Origin: Chiloscyllium plagiosum
Lineage: Eukaryota
DNA length: 64,000 bases
Direction of reading: 5' to 3'
Assembly: GCF_004010195.1 (NCBI RefSeq)
Contig: NC_057728.1
Coordinates: forward strand, 51,072,322 to 51,136,321
Positions within the stretch are counted from its first letter, which is position 1. Each line of letters starts with the position of its first letter. Below the pieces are notes generated by a model, which was given only the letters and a program-made list of their open reading frames with translations, was not told the origin of the DNA and made no database searches. This document shows, piece after piece, positions 49,328 to 60,906 of this stretch. A program made the translations under genes and the position numbers.

Positions 49328-49841
49328 TTTGGTTGATAATTCCCTTGTAAAGTGCTTTTATTATTTAAAAGCACCAGATAAAGGTAAGTTGTTGTTTACC
49401 GTTCAGTATCACACTTGGCCACAAAGGCACTTGAGAGAAATGTTTGACTTTTGTTTCTGTAACTGAGATTTTGTGTAGCACTGGGAACACTGACTACTCC
49501 CATTTACAATGGTTCCAGGACACAAGGACTCCTTCTGTATATGGTATGTGATAGAGCAATTCAAAAAATAATCCCTTACCCTCAGCTTTTCCCCCAAAAC
49601 ACTTTTATCTTGCCCACTTCAAATATTTGCATAATTATCTTCAAGAGATATAAAAGTCCCTGCATCCGCCACTACCTGTGACAAAGCATTCTGTATGCCA
49701 GCAACCTTTCGTATAAAGTGTTTTGGTTCTGTGGAGACCAATAATATTTAAAAAGGGAATTCAAGCTTCCAGTTTTCACCCATTTTGAAAAATTTACTGT
49801 GACAAGTAACCACTCAGTACTGACTATAGCTCTTTGTTAGA

Positions 49842-50455
49842 GACAAAATAAACCTGCAGATGCTGGAATCCAAGGTAGACAAGCAGGAGGCTGGATGAAC
49901 GCACCACGCCAGGCAGTATCAGGAGGTGCAGAAGTTGACGTTTCGGGTATAATCCTTCTTCAGGACTGGGGGTGGGTGTAAGGGGGGAGCCTGCAGATAA
50001 AGCGGGTGGTGGGGACTAGTAATCCTGACTTCTCCTCCCTCCCCACCTTACCCCAGTTCCAACCTTCCAGCTCAGCACTGTCCTCATGGCCTGTCCTACC
50101 TGCCAATCTCCCTTCCCACCTATCCACTCCACCCTCCCCTCTGACCTATCACCTCCATCCCCACCCCCATTCACCTACTGTACTCTTTGCTACCTTCTCC
50201 CCATCCCCCTCCCATTTATCTCTCCACCACGGAGGCTCCCAGCCTTCATTCCTGATGAAGGGCTTTTGCATGAAACATCGATTTTCCTGCTCCTCAGATG
50301 CTGCTTGACCTACTGTGCTTTTCCAGTACCACTCTAATCTACAGTTCTTTATTGGCAGCTTACACACCCTCCTCATTCCTGAAGAAGGGCTTATGCACCT
50401 GCTCCTTTGATGCTGCCTGACCTGCTGCGCTTTTCCAGCAACACATTTTTAAGCT
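49842..50455. mobile_element. Cluster of Penelope-like 3' fragments (one antisense, two sense)
   Basis: GACGTTTCGGGTATAATCCTTCTTCAGG, a C-rich 3' UTR, and TTCCTGATGAAGGGCTTTTG. The last piece is flanked by an AGCTTACAC repeat. Confidence 0.75.
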
Positions 50456-52850
50456 TACACTTTGAACAGTGTAATGAAATTGGCCTCATTATGCTTAATC
50501 CGGCTGCAGGAATGTACTTCACGGGTACACTGCCCTTTACAGAAATATTCCCCAGAATCAATCCAAAGTGATTTTTAACTTCCAAAGGTTTATTCCTGTT
50601 CTTTGTTATTTTCATCCTGGTGACCTATAATCTTAGAACTGACTTTCCCCAGGAGGTTTTTTTTTCCTCTGGAGACTATTCCTCCAGTTAGGTGACTCAT
50701 TTCAACTCCCCGTCAATGCTTTCTTTTCAAGCCGAGCACAATGTCCACCTGCATTCCTGCACAGTAACCCATGGAGACCCTTTGGTCTGCAGCCGCTCCC
50801 CCATTCCTGGTTCCAGGGAGAATCCAAACCTTCTGTGATATTCTGTGTTATCCTATGAACGCCTTTAACCAGATCTTTAGAAAAGATCTTTTTCCATCTG
50901 GAAGGACAAGGGCAGCAGTTACATGGGAACACCACAGCATACAAATTTCTTTCTGAGCCACTCACCATCCTGACTTGGAAACATATCACCGTTCCTTCAC
51001 TGTCGCTGGGTCAAAGTGCTGGAATACCCTCCCTAAGGGCCAACCTACAGCACATTGACTGCAGCAGTTCAAGAAGGAAGCTTACCATCACCCTCTACCA
51101 TGGTGGGTGCCTGGAAAACGTTGCCAGCAGAGATGGTAGAGGCGGGCACGATAGCATAATTTAAGATGTTTCCCAGACAGATACATGGATGGGCAGGGAG
51201 CAGAGGGATACACATCCTTAGAAAATAGGCGACAGGTTTAGATAGAGGATCCAGATTGACGGAGGCTTGTTTGTTCTTTTTCCCAAGGGCAACTATGGAC
51301 AGGTAATAAATGCTGGCCCAGCCCAGGTTTTGTGAGCAAATATTAAAAAAAAGCAGGTTGAGCAGAACAGGACATGAGTAGGTTCCAACTTAAAGGAGCC
51401 GTGTTATGAAGGCGGGTTGCATGGGACAAATCTGGCATCTCCTTTGCATTCTGGGTATTAAAATTAAACTATTTTAAAAGACTAATGTAAACTGGGAAAA
51501 CTGGGGAATCATAGACACGAACCTTTGAAGAAGACAGGATAAGGTGTGGAAGTTGTCTCCAAGTTGTACCTGGGAGTACGTTAACACAAATATCCTGACA
51601 CTGGATGTCCCTGTACAGTCCCCACTTATTCGGTGCAGACACATTCTCTTTGTATAAGAGAATCAGCGACTAACTGTCTATGTACGATGAAAAGGGCTAC
51701 TCCTCAGGAGGAGGAATGTCATTCATTGGGTTGACATGTGGATGGATGGATGCCAAGCTCTCCCATTCAAAATTCAAATGGATCCCTTCCGCTTGACCTG
51801 TGTTCACAGTTCAAAGGTCATTCTCACAGGGGACTCACTGGCCTGTTCCAGAGGTTTTCTCTTCAGTGTGAGTCAAACAGTAAGAACAGTACTCAATATG
51901 CAGAGACGATCGATTGTGGGAATCTGGCAAGCTCACAGTTTTGTGGCTCAGCCTTGCTTCGTGGCCCCTCAGGGTTCAGAGAACGAGATGACCCCAACGC
52001 TAAACCTGACCCTAACCCTTCCACCTCCTGCTGTTGACCATACTCGTGCTTTTGTAATTTCATCAGCGAATGTATTTTGAAGTTGATGGAAGTTGTCGCA
52101 CCCTCGCTTGCACATCTTGAAGAGGTAGCAGTAAGAATGGGCCTCTAGGTTTCTGTGCTGATTGGTTCACGACTGTGTGGATGCACATGGCCTGCACTTC
52201 TCATGGTGCTCGGGATCAGGATTTAGTCACGTGTGACACTGGAGGAATTAGTTTCCCTCAGACGTGGTGCATGAGTGTTGAACAGATGGAGTATTCTGAA
52301 CGTCATAATCCCCCTAGAACAGACATCTTGCCAGCATCAGTGGAAGAGCTCAGTGAAGTGAAACAGGACATTGCACCTGCAGACAGTAACAACTTGCTCA
52401 GGCTGTGCCGTACCTCTTTGTCCTGGCAATTTTAATTATGATTATGAAACTATTTATCATTTCAAATGTAATTCCACTTGTAACTTCTTAGGATTTTGTC
52501 AAAGTAAAGGTTTTTAAAAAAAAAATGCATCATCCACTGGGCGGAATCAGTTTTCCAAGGCTGGATTCTTGATAAGCCTTTCAGTGGCCGCAATACCAGG
52601 CCCTTAAATCCTGACCAGCTTGGGGTACTGCTGCTTCTCTGGCCAGTGTGGAGATTTCCCGAGCTCCCGCCAACTTCCACAAACAGAAGGTACACCAGCC
52701 TGTGCCCAGTGGAATTACTGGCTGACGTCAGTGCCAGATCTCCTGCTGAATCTCTGAGCAGGCAGAGATTGTCCTTCAGAGGAATCTGCTTCAGCCTCAC
52801 ATCTCTGTCGACTTTCTAGATTAAAAGCAGAGGTTAATGGTATTTCAGTC

Positions 52851-53163
52851 AGCACTGTTGCCTCACAGCACCAGGGACCCGGGTTCGATTCCAGCCTCAG
52901 GTGACTGTCTGTGTGGAATTTGCACATTCTCCCTGTGTCTGCGTGGGTTTCCTCCCACAGTCCAAAGATGTGCAGGTTAGGTGAATTGGCCACGCTAAAT
53001 TTCCCATTGTGTTCAGGGATGTGTAGGTTAGGTGCGTTAGTCTGGGTTAAATGTAGAGTAATAGGGTAGGGGAGTGGGTCTGGGTTACCCTTTGGAGGGT
53101 CGGTTTGGACCTTTTGGGCCAAATGGCCTGTTTCCACTCTATAGTGATGCTATGATTCTATGA
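52851..53163 (+). mobile_element. HE1-type SINE
   Basis: AGCACTGTTGCCTCACAGCACCAGGGACCCGGGTTCGATTCC...CTATGATTCTATG. Confidence 0.9.
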
Positions 53164-53837
53164 AATGGGTGAGGATTCACCAAGTTACATTCTCACCCTG
53201 TGCTCTTGCTTCTAATCTTGCCCTGCCCCTTTCTTCCCTCCACCTGCAAACTCCTCCAGCCCTGCAACTCTTCAGTGTATCCACTGCAGGAAAAGCGCAG
53301 CAGGAGAGGCAGCATCCAAGGAGCAGGATCAGCTCTGAACTCCAGCATCTGCAGTCCTCACTTTCTCCTAGTGTACCCGCTGCACCCTTCCAGCTTGGAC
53401 CTTTGAGCGTCCCAGATTTTCATCGCTCTGTCGTTGGTAACCAGACATCCAGCTGACCAAACCTTGAGCTGTGCACTTCCCTCCTTCGCTGCTGTCTGGC
53501 TTTCTTTCCCCCTCTGATGCCCGCTGGAAAATCGACCTCCACCTGAGCGTGTTTTCGATCACTAGACCAAATATTCTCTCCTCTGGTCCAGTGCGGTAAT
53601 TTAATTTAGCTGTGTGAAACACCTTGGGAGGTCATGTATTAAATCAATGGCTCTACTTCAAGGTCAGCTGTTGTCAACAGGACTGCGAGATTGGCTAACT
53701 CCTTCAGTCAAGGTCCACCCTGTAAAGGAGCTCCTTTCCAAACAGGTGCCTTTATGATTGGGATCTTACTGTGTAGAGGCATACAGCACTTTACCAGGGC
53801 TCTCTATATCATTCTGCCACCTCTCTGGCTGTGTGCA

Positions 53838-54744
53838 TTGAGAAACACATCAGCCATGATTGAATGATAGAGCAGGCTTGATGGGCTGAATTACCTAATT
53901 CTGTTCCTATATCTTATGGTTTCATAGTCTTTATACCCACTGGATTGTTCAGTCCATAAACACATCCTCTCAACAGCTGATTAGATTGATTAGTGTCAGA
54001 AGCAACCAGCTCTCTCCCTTGACTTCAGACTAGCATCAATGTCTCAGGCCTAACACTATCAATGACTGCTTACCAATTACAAGAATATTTACTTGCAGTC
54101 ATATAGTGTCATTACTCTCGTAACACAATCCAGCATCATCTGACTCATTTAGACACACACCCAGATATGGAAACATTAGGCAGGAGGGAGATTAGTTTCT
54201 GAGGAGTGTTGAGAGGGAGAGAAAGAGAATTGGAGAGACATGGATGTTTAGGGAAAGAATTCCAGAGCTTAAAGCCTACATAGGCAGGGTCATCAATAGT
54301 GGAGTGTTGGATGAGCAAGGACTGAGAACTGAGTTTTTGGAGGGTTTCAGGATGGAGGTACAAATACTTCCTAATGCTTGCTAGTCCCTCCTCATTGGCT
54401 GTTGAATTCAGTGTTTGCAGATTCGGCAGCATCCAGGGAACAGGAGATTCGACGTTTCGGGCACAGGCCCTTCTTCAGGATGCTGCCTGACCTGCTGTGC
54501 TGTTCCAGCAATAAAGTTTCAACTTTGATCTCCAGCATCTGCAGACCTCACTTTCTCCTCGTTTGCAGATTGCCAATCATGAGGGGCAAAGGAAAGACAA
54601 ATCACCTGTTGAGAGGATGTGTTTATGTACTGAACAATCCAGTGGGTATAAAGACTATGAAACCATAAGATATAGGAACAGAATTAGGTAATTCAGCCCA
54701 TCAAGCCTGCTCTATCATTCAATCATGGCTGATGTGTTTCTCAA
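53838..54744. repeat. Inverted duplication, 145 bp arms (53838-53982 / 54600-54744)
   Basis: Two mismatches by direct comparison. Each arm is a CR1 3' terminus plus ~55 bp of its unique flank. Confidence 0.93.
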
Positions 54745-56920
54745 CCATGTATCTCCTACCTTCTCCCAGTAATCATTGATCCCCTTACTAATTAAGAACC
54801 TGTGTATCTTTGTCGTAAATACACTCAATGACTTGGCCTCTGCAACATTCTGTAGCAATGAAATTCTCCAACCTTTGGCTAAAGAAATTCCTCCTGATTT
54901 CAGTTCTGAATGGTTATCTCTTTTACTGTAAAGCTATACTCCACTCTATCCAGGTCTCTCAGTATTCTGTAAATTTCAGTCAGATTCCACCTCCCCATCC
55001 CTCTCAATACCATAGATGTCACACCCAGAGTCTTCAACCACTCCTCATGTGACAAGCCTTTCATCCCTGAGATCATTGTAGTGAACCTCCTCTGAATCCC
55101 CTCCCAGATCAGCACATCCTTCCTTAGATACAACCCCCAAAACTGCTCACAATATTCCAAATGCAGTCTGACCAGAGCCTTATACAGTCTCAGCAGTACA
55201 TCTCTGCCCTTGTATTCTAGTCCTCTCAAAATGAATGCTAATATTGCATTGACCTTCCTAACTGCCAACAGAACCTGGATGTTAACTTTAAGGGAATCCT
55301 GAACTCGGACTCCCAAGTCCCCTTGTGCTTCAGATTTCCAAAGCCTTGACCCATTTAGAGAATATACTATGCCATTATTCTTCTTACCTCACATTTTATT
55401 CCAGCTGCCACTTCTCTGCCCACTCTACTTGCCTGGCCATGTCCTTCTGCAGCTTCCTCGCCTCTTCAACGCTACCTGACCCTCCACCTATCTTTCTATC
55501 ATATGCAAACTTAGCAACAATGTTCTCAGCTTTGTGCAGATCATTTTTGTATAAGGTGAATTGTTGTGATTGCAAAACTGACTCCTGTGAAACACCACCA
55601 GTCACACACTGCCATCCTGATAAAGACCCCTTTATTTCCGCTCTCTGCCTGCTGCCAGTCAGCTAGTCCTCTGTCCGTACCAGTATCTTGGCATTGACAC
55701 CATGGGCTCTTATTTAGCAGCCTACCGTGTAGCATCTTGTCATAGGTCTTCAGGAAATCCAAATGGATCTCATCTACTGGCTCCTCCTTTGCCTAATTTG
55801 CTTGGTACCTCCTCAAAGAATCCTAACAGATTTGCCAGGCATGACTTGCCCTTGACAAAGCCGTGCTGCCTCTGCCCTCTGCAAACCCATCCTTAATAAT
55901 GGACTCTCAAATCTTACTGAGGTCAGGCTAACTGGCCTATAGTTTCCTGTCTTCTGTCTCCTTCCCTTCTTAAACAGGGGTGTTACCTTAGCCATTTTCC
56001 TTTCCTCTGGGACCCTCCCTGACTCCAGTGATGCCTGGATAATCACCAGCAATGGCTCCGCAACAGCCTCAGCTATCACCTTCAAAACTCTGGGGTGTAA
56101 TCCATTCAATATGGGCATTTCAACCACTTTCAGACCCTTCAGCTTCCCCAGCACCTTCTTAGTGATGATCACTACACTCACCTCTGCTCCCTGACTCGCG
56201 TGAAGTTCCGGTGTGCTTCTGCTGTCATTCACCATGAAGCCTGACATAAAGTACCTATTCCGTTCCTCCACCATTTTGATTAGATTAGATTAGATTAGAT
56301 TCCCTACAGTGTGAAAAACAGGCCCTTCAGCCCAACCAGTCCTTCAAAGAGTAACCCACCCAGACCCATTTCCCTCTGACTAATGCACCTAACACTACGG
56401 ACAATTTAGCATGGCTAATTCACCTGACCTGCACATCATTGGACTGTGGGAGGAAACCGGAGCACCCAGAGGAAACCCACGCAGACACGAGGAGAACGTG
56501 CAAACTCCACACAGACAGTCACCTGAGGCTGGAATCGAACCTAGGACCCTGGCTGTGAGGCAGCAGTGCCAATCACTGAGCCACCATGCTGCCCCTTTTT
56601 GATCTGCAACTCAAGTTCCTCATTCTGTTTAATATCCCTATCTAACATAAATTTATTTGCCTCAGTTTTAAAGGTCCAGTTACCTCTAATCACTGAGCAC
56701 CTTCTTCCCCATGACTACTTCTCCAGCCTCATTTTCCAGTGGTCTCATGTCTCTCTTACCTCTAACTAAAACATTCCTGCCCCCAATCCTTGTTTTATAT
56801 TACTAGCTAGGTTACCCACATTCTTCATCTTCTCCCCTTCTGATTGTTTTTTTTTTAGTTATCCTCTGCTGGTACTTAAAGGTTTCCCAATCCCCTGGCT
56901 TCCCACTAATCCTCACCACA
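54655..56920 (-). mobile_element. Degenerate CR1 ORF2 (linker, RT, 3' UTR), interrupted by an HE1 SINE
   Basis: ORFs read GLHPRVLKVIAE...PLFKKGRRQKTGNYRPVSLTSV; MDFLKTYDKMLH; GVSQESVL..KFAYD; LLRLYKALVRLHLEYCEQFW. Confidence 0.9.
56278..56595 (-). mobile_element. HE1-type SINE, full length
   Basis: (GATTA)n antisense tail and the head CACTGAGCCACCATGCTGCCCC. Confidence 0.92.
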
Positions 56921-57089
56921 CACTGTGGATGGGGGTAATACTGTATATGTAACAGGTCTTTCATCTCTCAGGAATCACATGCTAAAGGGATGATGTGGAG
57001 GTAATGGTGTTGGACTGGGGTGGACAAAGTTAAAAATCAACTAGGTAATTAGGATAGAATCAGGATGGTATTGGACCTCAAGAAAGAGA

Positions 57090-58575
57090 CTTTGTGGAGT
57101 GCCTCCGAGATGGATTCTTAGAACAGCTGGTGCTGGAGCCTCCCAGGGAGAAGGCAATTCTGGATCTGGTATTGTGCAACAAACCAGAATTGATCAGGGA
57201 CCTCGAAGTGAAGGAGCCATTGGGAAGTAGTGACCATAATACAATAAGCTACAATCTGCAATTTGAGAGGAGAGGGTACAATCGGAAGTGACAATATTCC
57301 AGTTGAATAAAGGGAACTATGGAGGTATGAGGGACGAGCTGGCCAATGTTCAATAGTGCAATACCTTAGCAGGGATGACCGCGGAGGAACAATGGCGGAT
57401 ATTTCTGTGTATAATGCAGAAGATGCAGGATCAGTTCATTCCAAAAAGGAAGAAAGATCCTAGGAGGAGGCATGGGTGGCTATGGCTGACGAGGGAAGTA
57501 AAGAAACATATAAAGTTAAAAGAGAAAAAGTATAACATAGCAAAGATAAGTGGGAAAACGGAGGACTGGGAAGCCTTTAAAGAACAACAGAGGAAATACG
57601 CAGAGAAAAAATGAGGAACGAAGGTAAACTCGCCAAAAATATAAAGAAGGATAGTAAAAGCTTTTTTAGGTATGTGAAAGGCAAAAAAATGGTTAAGACT
57701 AAAATTGGGCCCTTGAAGACAGAAACACGGGAATATATTACGGGGAACAAAGAAATGGCAGAAGAATTGAATCGGTACTTCAGATCTGTGTTCACTGGGG
57801 AAGACACAAGCAATCTCCCTGAAGTAACAGTGGCTGAAGGACCTGAACTGAAGGGAATTTATATTTGCCAGGAATTGGTGTTGGAGAGACTGTTAGCTCT
57901 GAAGGTTGATAAGTCCCTGGGGCCTGATGGTCTACATCCCAGGGTACTGAAGGAAGTGGCTCGAGAAATCGTGGATGCGTCGGTGATTATTTTCCAGAGT
58001 TCGATAGACTCGGGATCAGTTCCTGCGGATTGGAGGGTGGTTAATGTTGTACCACTTTTTAAGAAATGTGGGAGGGAGAAAGCTGGAAATTATAGACCAG
58101 TTAGTCTGACCTCAGTGGTGGGAAAAATGCTGGCGTCTATTATAAAGCATGAAATTACGACACATCTGGATAGTAGAAACAGAATAGGTCAGAGTAAGCA
58201 TGGATTTATGAAGGGGAAATCATGCTTGACTAATCTTCTGGAATGTTTTGAGGATGTAACTCTGAAGATAGATGAGGGAGATCCAGTAGATGTAGTGTAC
58301 CTGGACTTTCAGAAAGCTTTTGATATAGTCCCACATAGGAGATTAGTGAGCAAAATTAGGGTGCATGGTATTGGGGGCAAAGTACTAACTTGGATTGAAA
58401 GTTGGTTGGCTGACAGGAAACAAAGAGTAGTGATAAACGGCTCCATTTCGGAATGGCAGGCAGTGACCAGTGGGGTACCGCAGGGATCAGTGCTGGGACC
58501 GCAGCTTTTTACAATATATATTAATGATATAGAAGATGGTATTAGTAATAACATTAGCAGATTTGCTGATGATAC
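57090..58575 (+). mobile_element. Relatively young CR1 ORF2 fragment (endonuclease end, linker, RT up to FADD), cut by a gap
   Basis: ILDLVLCN...LGSSDHN; GPDGLHPRVLKE; GNYRPVSLTSVVGK; YLDFQKAFD; GVPQGSVLGP; FADD. The frame is open from 57611 to the gap, with stops and frameshifts upstream. Confidence 0.95.
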
Positions 58576-59170
58576 NNNNNNNNNNNNNNNNNNNNNNNNN
58601 NNNNNNNNNNNNNNNNNNNNNNNNNNNNNNNNNNNNNNNNNNNNNNNNNNNNNNNNNNNNNNNNNNNNNNNNNNNNNNNNNNNNNNNNNNNNNNNNNNNN
58701 NNNNNNNNNNNNNNNNNNNNNNNNNNNNNNNNNNNNNNNNNNNNNNNNNNNNNNNNNNNNNNNNNNNNNNNNNNNNNNNNNNNNNNNNNNNNNNNNNNNN
58801 NNNNNNNNNNNNNNNNNNNNNNNNNNNNNNNNNNNNNNNNNNNNNNNNNNNNNNNNNNNNNNNNNNNNNNNNNNNNNNNNNNNNNNNNNNNNNNNNNNNN
58901 NNNNNNNNNNNNNNNNNNNNNNNNNNNNNNNNNNNNNNNNNNNNNNNNNNNNNNNNNNNNNNNNNNNNNNNNNNNNNNNNNNNNNNNNNNNNNNNNNNNN
59001 NNNNNNNNNNNNNNNNNNNNNNNNNNNNNNNNNNNNNNNNNNNNNNNNNNNNNNNNNNNNNNNNNNNNNNNNNNNNNNNNNNNNNNNNNNNNNNNNNNNN
59101 NNNNNNNNNNNNNNNNNNNNNNNNNNNNNNNNNNNNNNNNNNNNNNNNNNNNNNNNNNNNNNNNNNNNNN
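58576..59170. other. Assembly gap (N run)
   Basis: 595 N. Confidence 1.
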
Positions 59171-59850
59171 CTAGCTTTTTATACTCCCTTAGCAGAACCT
59201 CTGCCCTAGTTTTATCTATGTTGTTAGTACCTACATGGATCATGACCACTGGATCTTTACCGTCCCACTCCAAGTTCCTCTGCAGCCCAGATAAGATATC
59301 CCGACCTCAGCACCAGGCAAGCAACACATCCTTCATTCAGGACTCTCAATTCTGGTCACAGAGAATAGGTCTATGCCTCTAACTTTACTATGCCCAATTA
59401 TAATAACATTTCTCTTCTCTTCCCACACTTGAATGGCTCCCTGTGCCACAATGCTGCGGTCCGTCAGCACATCCTCCCTGCAGTCCTCATTCCTGTCCAC
59501 ACAGGGATCAAAACTCTTGAACCTGTTGGATGAGGACAGAGGCTGAGGCTCCTGCATCTCCATCTCCTTGATCCATCTACCTGCCTCACTCACAGCTACA
59601 CCCTTCTGTCCCTGACCACTGGCTGAATTAGGGTCAGTTAGTCTAAGGGGTGTGACTGTCTCCGGAAATACAGCAACCAGGTAACTCTCCCCCTCCCTGA
59701 TGTGTCGCAATGTTTGAAGCTCAGACTCCAGCTCACCGACTCTGAGCCAGAGTTCTTCCAGCAACCACATTTACTACAGACATGGTCACTGGGAATCACA
59801 GTGAAGTCCACCAGCTCCCATATCAAGCAGAAACATCATATCACCTGACT
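59171..59850 (-). mobile_element. CR1 ORF1 remnant (Zn-finger/coiled coil plus SGNH esterase), frameshifted
   Basis: C..C.IWE...HVCSKC / LEELWLRVGELESELQTLRHIRE / VIIIGHS.VRGID / DPVVMIHVGTNNI. Confidence 0.85.
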
Positions 59851-59855
59851 CTGGA

Positions 59856-60706
59856 TCAGTGGTGCTGGAAGAGAACAGCAATTCGGGCAGCATCCGAGGA
59901 CAGGCAAAATCGACGTTTCGGGCAAAAGCCCTTCATCAGGAATAAAGGCAGAGAGCCTGAAGCGTGGAGAGATAAGCTAGAGGAGGGTGGGGGTGGGAGA
60001 GAGTGGCATAGAGTACAATAGGTCAGTGGGGAAGGAGATGAAGGTGATAGGTCAGGGAGGAGAGGGTGGAGTGGATAGGTGGAAAAGGAGCTGGGCAGGT
60101 CGGACAAGTCCGGACAGGTCAGGGGATCGAGTTGCTGGAGGTTAGAAGCTAGGATGAGGTGGGGGAAGGGGAAATGAGGAAACTGTTGAAGTCCACATTG
60201 ATGCCCTGGGGTTGAATTGTTCCGAGGCGGAAGATGAGGCGTTCTTCCTCCAGGCATCTGGTGGTGAGGGAGCGGCGGTGGAGGAGGCCCAGGACCTGCA
60301 TGCCCTCGGCAGAGTGGGAGGGGGAGTTGAAATGTTGGGCCACAGGGCGGTGGGGTTGATTGGTGCGGGTGTCCCAGAGATGTTCCCTAAAGCGCTCTGC
60401 TAGGAGGAATCCTGTCTCCCCAGTGTAGAGGAGACCGCATCGGGAGCAATGGATACTATAAATGATATTGGTGGATGTGCAGGTAAAACTTTGATGGATG
60501 TGGAAGGCTCCTTTGGGGCCTTGGATGAAGGTGAGGGAGGAGGTGCGGGCGCAGGTTTTGCAATTCCTGCAGTGGCAGGGGAAGGTGCCAGGACGGGAGG
60601 GTGGGTTCTAGGGGGGGCGTGGACCTGACCAGGCAGTCACGGAGGGAACAGTCTTTGCAGAAAGCGGAAATAGGTGGGGAGGGAAATATATCCCTGGTGG
60701 TGGGGG
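59856..60706 (-). mobile_element. 5'-truncated Penelope-like retroelement: GIY-YIG endonuclease C-terminus, 3' UTR and terminal repeat with hammerhead
   Basis: The minus strand reads PGTFPCHCRNCKTC...FTCTSTNIIYSIHCSRCGLLYTGETG...AERFREH...PVAQHFNSPSH...EERLIFRLGTIQPQGIN. The hammerhead core is antisense at 59912-59939. Confidence 0.92.
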
Positions 60707-60905
60707 TACAGTGTCATGCAACTGAAACAATATATTGAACGAACCTAGGTTGTTGTTCAATATATCGTTTCAGTATGACACTGTAATCTTTTGGTATAAA
60801 TTCTGTGTCTTATGATGCTACTCCACAGCTACCTAATAAAGGAGCAGAGCTAGTGCTTCCAGTAAACCTGTTGGATTATAACCTGGTGTTGTGTGTATTT
60901 TAATT
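60707..60905 (+). mobile_element. Penelope-like family B 3' fragment with a 5' foldback palindrome
   Basis: 79 bp palindrome at 60707-60785, then ...GCTAGTGCTTCCAGTAAACCTGTTGGATTATAACCTGGTGTTGTGTG. Confidence 0.7.
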
Positions 60906-60906
60906 A

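Noticed and set aside
52175..52435. Protein-like ORF (MEYSERHNPPRTDILPASVEELSEVKQDIAPADS)
   Set aside because: No recognisable family and no clear donor site; the length is within chance expectation.
57611..59273. 532 aa RT ORF and overlapping X-rich ORFs as intact genes
   Set aside because: Their length is inflated by the N gap. The real part is a CR1 fragment with upstream stops and frameshifts.
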